64,000 nucleotides of DNA. It comes from the human T2T-CHM13v2.0 reference genome, Homo sapiens. Under the pieces are notes generated by a model. It saw only the letters and a program-made list of their open reading frames with translations. It was not told the origin of the DNA and searched no databases. The DNA is taken from assembly GCF_009914755.1 (NCBI RefSeq), contig NC_060933.1; one strand, given 5' to 3'. The translations under genes were made by a program, and so were the position numbers. This document shows, one piece after another, positions 56,915 to 64,000 of this stretch (its first letter is position 1; every line of letters starts with the position of its first letter).

Positions 56915-59900
56915 CCACTCCATTCCATTGTACTCTGGTTGATTCCATTCCATTGCATTCCATTCCATTCCATTCCATTCCATTCCGTTGCATTCCATTC
57001 CATTACATTCGGATTGATTCTATTCAACTCCCTTACTCTCCATTACATTCCATTCCATTCGGGTTGTTCCATACCATTCCATTCCATTCCACTCCATTCC
57101 ATTGCACTCGGGTTTATTCCATTCCATTCCATTCCATTCCGGAAGATTCCATTCCATTGCATTCCATTCCATTCCATTCCATTCCAATCGAGTTGATTCC
57201 ATTCCATTGCATTCCATTCCATTCCACTCCATTCCAGTCCTTTCCATTAAATTACACTCGGGTTGATTCCATTCCATTCCACTCCATTCCGTTCCATTCC
57301 ATTCCATTCCATTGTATTCGGGTTAATTCCATTCCATTCCATTCCATTCCATTCCATTCCATTCCATTACAATCGAGTTGATTCCATTCCATTCCATTCC
57401 ATTCCATTCCATTCCATTCCAGTCCTTTCCATTCCATTCCACTCGGGTTGATTCCATTCTATTAGTTTCCATTCCATTCCATTCCCTTCCATTCCACTCT
57501 GGTTGATTCCATTCCTTTCCATTCCACTCGAATACATTCCCTCCTATTCCACTCGGAACGATTCCATTCCATTCCATTCCATTCCATTCCAATCCATTCC
57601 ATTCCATTCCAGTTCGTTCCATTCCGTTCTATTCGGTACCATTCCATTCCATTCCATTCCTTTCCATTCCATTCCTTTCCACTCGTGTTGATTCTATTCC
57701 TTTCCATTCCATTCGGTTTGAAGGCATTCCATTCCATTCAATTACATTCCATTCCATTCCATTCCCTTCCATTCTATTCCATTCCATTGCAATCGAGTTG
57801 AATCCATTGCCTTTCATTCCATTCCATTCCATTCCATTCCATTCCGGAAGATTCCATTCCATTACATTCCATTCCATTCCATTCCCCTGCACTCGCGTTG
57901 ATTCCATTCCATTCCATTCCATTCCATTCTATTCGGGTTAATTCCATTCCATTCCATTCCATTCCATTCCATTCCAATCGAGTTGATTCCATTCCATTCC
58001 ATTCCACTCCATTCCAGTCCTTTCCATTCCATTCCACTCGGGTTGATTCCAATGTATTCCTTTCCATTCCATTCCATTCCATTGCAATCGAGTTGATTCC
58101 ATTGCTTTGCATTCCATTCCATTCCATTCCATTCCGGATGATTCCATTCCATTGCATTCCATTCCATTCCATTCCCCTGCACTCGGGTTGATTCCATTCC
58201 ATTCCACTCCATTCCGTTCCATTCCATTCCATTCCATTGTATTCAGGTTAATTCCATTCCATTCCATTCCATTCCATTCCATTACAATCGAGTTGATTCC
58301 ATTCCATTCCATTCCATTCCATTCCATTCCAGTCCTTTCCATTCCATTCCACTCGGGTTGATTCCATTCTATTAGTTTCCATTCCATTCCATTCCCTTCC
58401 ATTCCACTCTGGTTGATTCCATTCCTTTCCATTCCATTTAATTCCATTCCATTCCATTCCATTCCATTCCATTCCAATCCGTTCCATTCCTTTCCATTCT
58501 ATTCCACTGCAATCGACTTGATTCCATTCCATTCCATTCTATTCCATTCCATTCCATTCCATTCCATTCCATTCCATTCCATTTTGTTCCAATCCATTCT
58601 ATTCCGAACCATTCCATTCCATTCAATTCCATTCCATTGCATTCCATTCCATGCCATTCCACTCGGGTTGATTCCATTCCATTCCATTCCATTCCATTCC
58701 ATTCCATTCCATTCCATTCCGTTCCATTCCATTTCATTACATTCATTTTGATTCTATTCAATTCCCTTACACTCCATTATATTCCAATCCATTCTGGTTG
58801 TTTCCATTCCATTCCATTCCATTTCACTCCATTCCATTGCACTCGGTTTGATTCCATTCCATTCCATTCCATTCCATTCCGGATGATTCCATTCCATTGC
58901 ATTCCATTCCATTCCATTCCCCTGCACTCAGGTTGATTCCATTCCATTCCATTCCACTCCATTCGGTTCCGTTCCATTCCATTCTATTGCATTCCATTCT
59001 ATTCGGGTTAATTCCATTCCATTCTATTCCATTCCATTCCATTCCATTCCATTGCAATGGAGTTGATTCCATTCCATTCCATTCCATTCCGGATGATTCC
59101 ATTCCATTGCATTCCATTCCATTCCATTCCCCTGCACTCGTGTTGATTCCATTAACTTCTATTCCATTCCATTCCGTTCCATTCCATTGCATTCCATTCT
59201 ATTCTGGTTAATTCCATTCCATTCCATTCCATTCCATTCCATTCCATTCCATTCCATTCCATTGCAATCGAGTTGATTCCATTCCATTCCTTTCCATTCC
59301 ATTCCATTGCCTTGCATTCCAATCGGGTTGATTCCATTCCCTTCTTTCCACTCCATTACATTCCCTTCCATTCCACTCGGAATGATTGATTATATTCCAT
59401 TCCATTCCATTTCATTCCATTGCAATCCATTCCAATCCATTCCATTCCATTCCACTCGAGTTGATTTCATTCCATTCCTTTCCATTCCATTCCATTCCTT
59501 TCCATTCGAGTTGATTCCATTCCATTCCATTCCATTGCATTCCATTCCATGCCATTCCACTCGGGTTGATTCCATTCCTTTGCATTCCATTCCATTCCAT
59601 TCCATTCCATTCCATTCCATTCCATTCCACTCCATTGCATTCCATTCCATTACATTCCGATTGATTCTATTCAACTCCCTTACTCTCCATTACATTCCAT
59701 TCCATTCGGGTTGTTCCATTCCATTCCATTCCATTCCATTCCATTCCATTCCATTGCACTCGGGTTGATTCCATTCCATTCCATTCCATTCCATTCCATT
59801 CCATTCCGGATGATTCCATTCCATTGCATTCCGTTCCATTACATTCCCCTGCACTCGCGTTGATTCCATTCCATTCCATTCCATTCCATTCAATTCCATT

Positions 59901-61613
59901 CCATTACAATTCGTTCCATTCCATTCTATTCCCTACCATTCCATTCCATTCCATACCATTCCATTCCATTCCATTCCATTCCATTCCATTCCGTTCCATT
60001 CCGTTCCATTCCATTCCATTCCATTCTATTCGGGTTAATTCCATTCCATTCCATTCCATTCCATTCCATTCCATTCCATTCCTTTCCATTCCATTACGGA
60101 TGATTCCATTCCATTGTATTCCATTCCATTCCATTCCCCTGTACTCGGGTTGTTTCCATTCCATTGCATTCCAATCCATGCCCTTCCACTCGTGTTGATT
60201 CCATTCTTTCCATTCCATTCAAGTTGAATCCATTCCATTGCATTCCATTCAATTCGATTCCATTCGATTGCACTCGGGTTGATTCCATTCCATTGCATTC
60301 CATTCCATTCCATTCCATTCCATTCCATTCCATTCCATTCCGTTCCATTCCATTCCATTCCATTCGGATTGATTCTATTCAATTCCCTTACACTCCATTA
60401 CATTCCATTCCATTCGGGTAGTTTCCATTCCATTCCATTCCATTCCTCTCCATTCCATTGCACTCGGGTTGATTCCATTCCATTGCATTCCATTCCATTC
60501 CATTCAATTCCATTCCGTTCCATTCCATTCCATTCCATTCGGATTGATTCTATTCAACTCCCTTACTCTCCATTACATTCCATTCCATTCGGGTTGTTCC
60601 ATACCATTCCATTCCATTCCACTCCATTCCATTGCACTCGGGTTTATTCCATTCCATTCCATTCCATTCCATTCCATTCCGGAAGATTCCATTCCATTGC
60701 ATTCCATTCCATTCCATTCCATTCCAATCGAGTTGATTCCATTCCATTGCATTCCATTCCATTCCACTCCATTCCAGTCCTTTCCATTCCATTCCACTCG
60801 GGTTGATTCCAATGTATTCCTTTCCATTCCATTCCATTCCATTGCAATCGAGTTGATTCCATTGCTTTGCATTCCATTCCATTCCATTCCATTCCGGATG
60901 ATTCCATTCCATTGCATTCCATTCCATTCCATTCCCCTGCACTCGGGTTGATTCCATTCCATTCCACTCCATTCCGTTCCATTCCATTCCATTCCATAGT
61001 ATTCAGGTTAATTCCATTCCATTCCATTCCATTCCATTCCATTACAATCGAGTTGATTCCATTCCATTCCATTCCATTCCATTCCATTCCAGTCCTTTCC
61101 ATTCCATTCCACTCGGGTTGATTCCATTCTATTAGTTTCCATTCCATTCCATTCCCTTCCATTCCACTCTGGTTGATTCCATTCCTTTCCATTCCATTTA
61201 ATTCCATTCCATTCCATTCCATTCCATTCCAATCCGTTCCATTCCATTCCATTCTATTCCACTGCAATCGACTTGATTCCGTTCCATTCCATTCTATTCC
61301 ATTCCATTCTATTCCATTCCATTCCATTCCATTCCATTTTGTTCCAATTCATTCTATTCCGAACCATTCCATTCCATTCCATTCCATTCCATTGCATTCC
61401 ATTCCATGCCATTCCACTCGGGTTGATTCCATTCCATTCCATTCCATTCCATTCCATTCCATTCCATTCCTTTCCATTCCATTTCATTACATTCATTTTG
61501 ATTCTATTCAATTCCCTTACACTCCATTATATTCCAATCCATTCTGGTTGTTTCCATTCCATTCCATTCCATTTCACTCCATTCCATTGCACTCGGTTTG
61601 ATTCCATTCCATT
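56915..61613 (+). repeat. 4.7 kb higher-order unit, copy 1 (rearranged paralog of the B-end/C region)
   Basis: The marker tactctggttgatt at 56931 recurs at 61630 (4699 bp). ORFs 57503/62207, 57774/62478, 58413/63117 and 58897/63601 are identical at offset 4704. Also paralogous to 52.0-55.5 kb at offsets 5002-5037, with more differences. Confidence 0.88.
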
Positions 61614-64000
61614 CCACTCCATTCCATTGTACTCTGGTTGATTCCATTCCATTGCATTCCATTCCATTCCATTCCATTCCATTCCGTTGCATTCCATTCC
61701 ATTACATTCGGATTGATTCTATTCAACTCCCTTACTCTCCATTACATTCCATTCCATTCGGGTTGTTCCATACCATTCCATTCCATTCCACTCCATTCCA
61801 TTGCACTCGGGTTTATTCCATTCCATTCCATTCCATTCCGGAAGATTCCATTCCATTGCATTCCATTCCATTCCATTCCATTCCAATCGAGTTGATTCCA
61901 TTCCATTGCATTCCATTCCATTCCACTCCATTCCAGTCCTTTCCATTAAATTACACTCGGGTTGATTCCATTCCATTCCACTCCATTCCGTTCCATTCCA
62001 TTCCATTCCATTGTATTCGGGTTAATTCCATTCCATTCCATTCCATTCCATTCCATTCCATTCCATTCCATTACAATCGAGTTGATTCCATTCCATTCCA
62101 TTCCATTCCATTCCATTCCATTCCAGTCCTTTCCATTCCATTCCACTCGGGTTGATTCCATTCTATTAGTTTCCATTCCATTCCATTCCCTTCCATTCCA
62201 CTCTGGTTGATTCCATTCCTTTCCATTCCACTCGAATACATTCCCTCCTATTCCACTCGGAACGATTCCATTCCATTCCATTCCATTCCATTCCAATCCA
62301 TTCCATTCCATTCCAGTTCGTTCCATTCCGTTCTATTCGGTACCATTCCATTCCATTCCATTCCTTTCCATTCCATTCCTTTCCACTCGTGTTGATTCCA
62401 TTCCTTTCCATTCCATTCGGTTTGAAGGCATTCCATTCCATTCAATTACATTCCATTCCATTCCATTCCCTTCCATTCTATTCCATTCCATTGCAATCGA
62501 GTTGAATCCATTGCCTTTCATTCCATTCCATTCCATTCCATTCCATTCCGGAAGATTCCATTCCATTACATTCCATTCCATTCCATTCCCCTGCACTCGC
62601 GTTGATTCCATTCCATTCCATTCCATTCCATTCTATTCGGGTTAATTCCATTCCATTCCATTCCATTCCATTCCATTCCAATCGAGTTGATTCCATTCCA
62701 TTCCATTCCACTCCATTCCAGTCCTTTCCATTCCATTCCACTCGGGTTGATTCCAATGTATTCCTTTCCATTCCATTCCATTCCATTGCAATCGAGTTGA
62801 TTCCATTGCTTTGCATTCCATTCCATTCCATTCCATTCCGGATGATTCCATTCCATTGCATTCCATTCCATTCCATTCCCCTGCACTCGGGTTGATTCCA
62901 TTCCATTCCACTCCATTCCGTTCCATTCCATTCCATTCCATTGTATTCAGGTTAATTCCATTCCATTCCATTCCATTCCATTCCATTACAATCGAGTTGA
63001 TTCCATTCCATTCCATTCCATTCCATTCCATTCCAGTCCTTTCCATTCCATTCCACTCGGGTTGATTCCATTCTATTAGTTTCCATTCCATTCCATTCCC
63101 TTCCATTCCACTCTGGTTGATTCCATTCCTTTCCATTCCATTTAATTCCATTCCATTCCATTCCATTCCATTCCATTCCAATCCGTTCCATTCCTTTCCA
63201 TTCTATTCCACTGCAATCGACTTGATTCCATTCCATTCCATTCTATTCCATTCCATTCCATTCCATTCCATTCCATTCCATTCCATTTTGTTCCAATCCA
63301 TTCTATTCCGAACCATTCCATTCCATTCAATTCCATTCCATTGCATTCCATTCCATGCCATTCCACTCGGGTTGATTCCATTCCATTCCATTCCATTCCA
63401 TTCCATTCCATTCCATTCCATTCCGTTCCATTCCATTTCATTACATTCATTTTGATTCTATTCAATTCCCTTACACTCCATTATATTCCAATCCATTCTG
63501 GTTGTTTCCATTCCATTCCATTCCATTTCACTCCATTCCATTGCACTCGGTTTGATTCCATTCCATTCCATTCCATTCCATTCCGGATGATTCCATTCCA
63601 TTGCATTCCATTCCATTCCATTCCCCTGCACTCAGGTTGATTCCATTCCATTCCATTCCACTCCATTCGGTTCCGTTCCATTCCATTCTATTGCATTCCA
63701 TTCTATTCGGGTTAATTCCATTCCATTCTATTCCATTCCATTCCATTCCATTCCATTGCAATGGAGTTGATTCCATTCCATTCCATTCCATTCCGGATGA
63801 TTCCATTCCATTGCATTCCATTCCATTCCATTCCCCTGCACTCGTGTTGATTCCATTAACTTCTATTCCATTCCATTCCGTTCCATTCCATTGCATTCCA
63901 TTCTATTCTGGTTAATTCCATTCCATTCCATTCCATTCCATTCCATTCCATTCCATTCCATTCCATTCCATTGCAATCGAGTTGATTCCATTCCATTCCT
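61614..64000 (+). repeat. 4.7 kb higher-order unit, copy 2 (truncated by window end)
   Basis: Near-identical to 56915-59296, including the private variants tttccattaaattacac (57241/61940), caattacattcc (~57739/62443) and attaacttct (59151/63855). Confidence 0.88.

Larger units (their letters stand above)
1..64000 (+). repeat. Human satellite 3 (HSat3 / Satellite III) array, (CATTC)n on + strand / (GGAAT)n on - strand, pericentromeric heterochromatin type
   Basis: Every line consists of CATTC pentamers or close variants, interspersed with CACTCGGGTTGATT (reverse complement contains CAACCCGAGT, the established Sat III interspersed decamer). Long perfect pentamer runs, no unique sequence, no orientation switch. 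Confidence 0.98.

Noticed and set aside
1-64000. Hundreds of ORFs up to 366 aa (e.g. 30492-31592, 48926-50026, 13321-14352, 34967-35929) encoding IPFHS or MEWNG repeats
   Set aside because: Pure (CATTC)n has no stop codon in any of six frames and ATG recurs every 5 bp on the - strand, so long ORFs are expected. Frames overlap on both strands and are broken by 5-bp indels between copies (343 vs 366 aa), showing no coding constraint.
1-64000. CRISPR-like look of a conserved word (cactcgggttgattcc) separated by variable stretches
   Set aside because: The spacers are themselves CATTC repeats of variable length, not unique sequences. There is no leader and no cas gene, and the context is eukaryotic satellite.
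1-64000. HSat2, alpha satellite, telomeric repeat or DYZ1 identity
   Set aside because: Long perfect CATTC runs with the CAACCCGAGT decamer indicate HSat3. The dense CATTCGATTC/GATGAT pattern of HSat2, a 171 bp AT-rich monomer, TTAGGG and a regular 3.6 kb tandem unit are all absent.
1-64000. Firm assignment to chromosome 9q12 (HSat3B5) or to human rather than another great ape
   Set aside because: Plausible from the abundant CAACCCGAGT motif and irregular long periods, but it needs subfamily k-mer classification or alignment to T2T assemblies, which I cannot run.
1-64000. Inversion breakpoint or embedded Alu/L1 insertion
   Set aside because: No GGAAT-oriented tract, poly(A) tail or non-satellite stretch was seen on the + strand.

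Overview
The whole 64 kb window is one uninterrupted, single-orientation array of classical human/hominid Satellite 3 (HSat3/Sat III): (CATTC)n on the + strand, broken every ~40-100 bp by variants of the decamer (A)CTCGGGTTG (CAACCCGAGT on the - strand). It resembles the 9q12-type arrays, but the chromosome cannot be established from sequence alone. No gene, RNA gene, transposon or CRISPR array is supportable; every ORF in the track is a translation of the pentamer (IPFHS / MEWNG). The information is in the higher-order structure, mapped by eye and from offsets between identical ORFs: A(1-3.3k) B(3.3-17.7k) C(17.7-20.5k) B'(20.5-34.9k) D(34.9-35.6k) A'(35.6-38.9k) B''(38.9-53.3k) C'(53.3-56.1k) E(56.1-64k). 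This is a ~35.6 kb near-identical duplication built from alternating 17.16 kb and 18.46 kb sub-units that share a 14.4 kb core, followed by a switch to a 4.7 kb period. Most notable: (1) a recurring decamer variant creates ~50 perfect three-unit heat-shock elements (aTTCc-gGAAg-aTTCc) inside a continuous TEAD-motif field; (2) the three B copies are mosaics, suggesting an ~8 kb gene-conversion or crossover tract (or an assembly artefact); (3) the 5-bp register only ever slips by -1, at a handful of ancestral 1-bp deletions, while all recent indels are multiples of 5. Block boundaries are approximate (+/-50-100 bp) and counts are manual.
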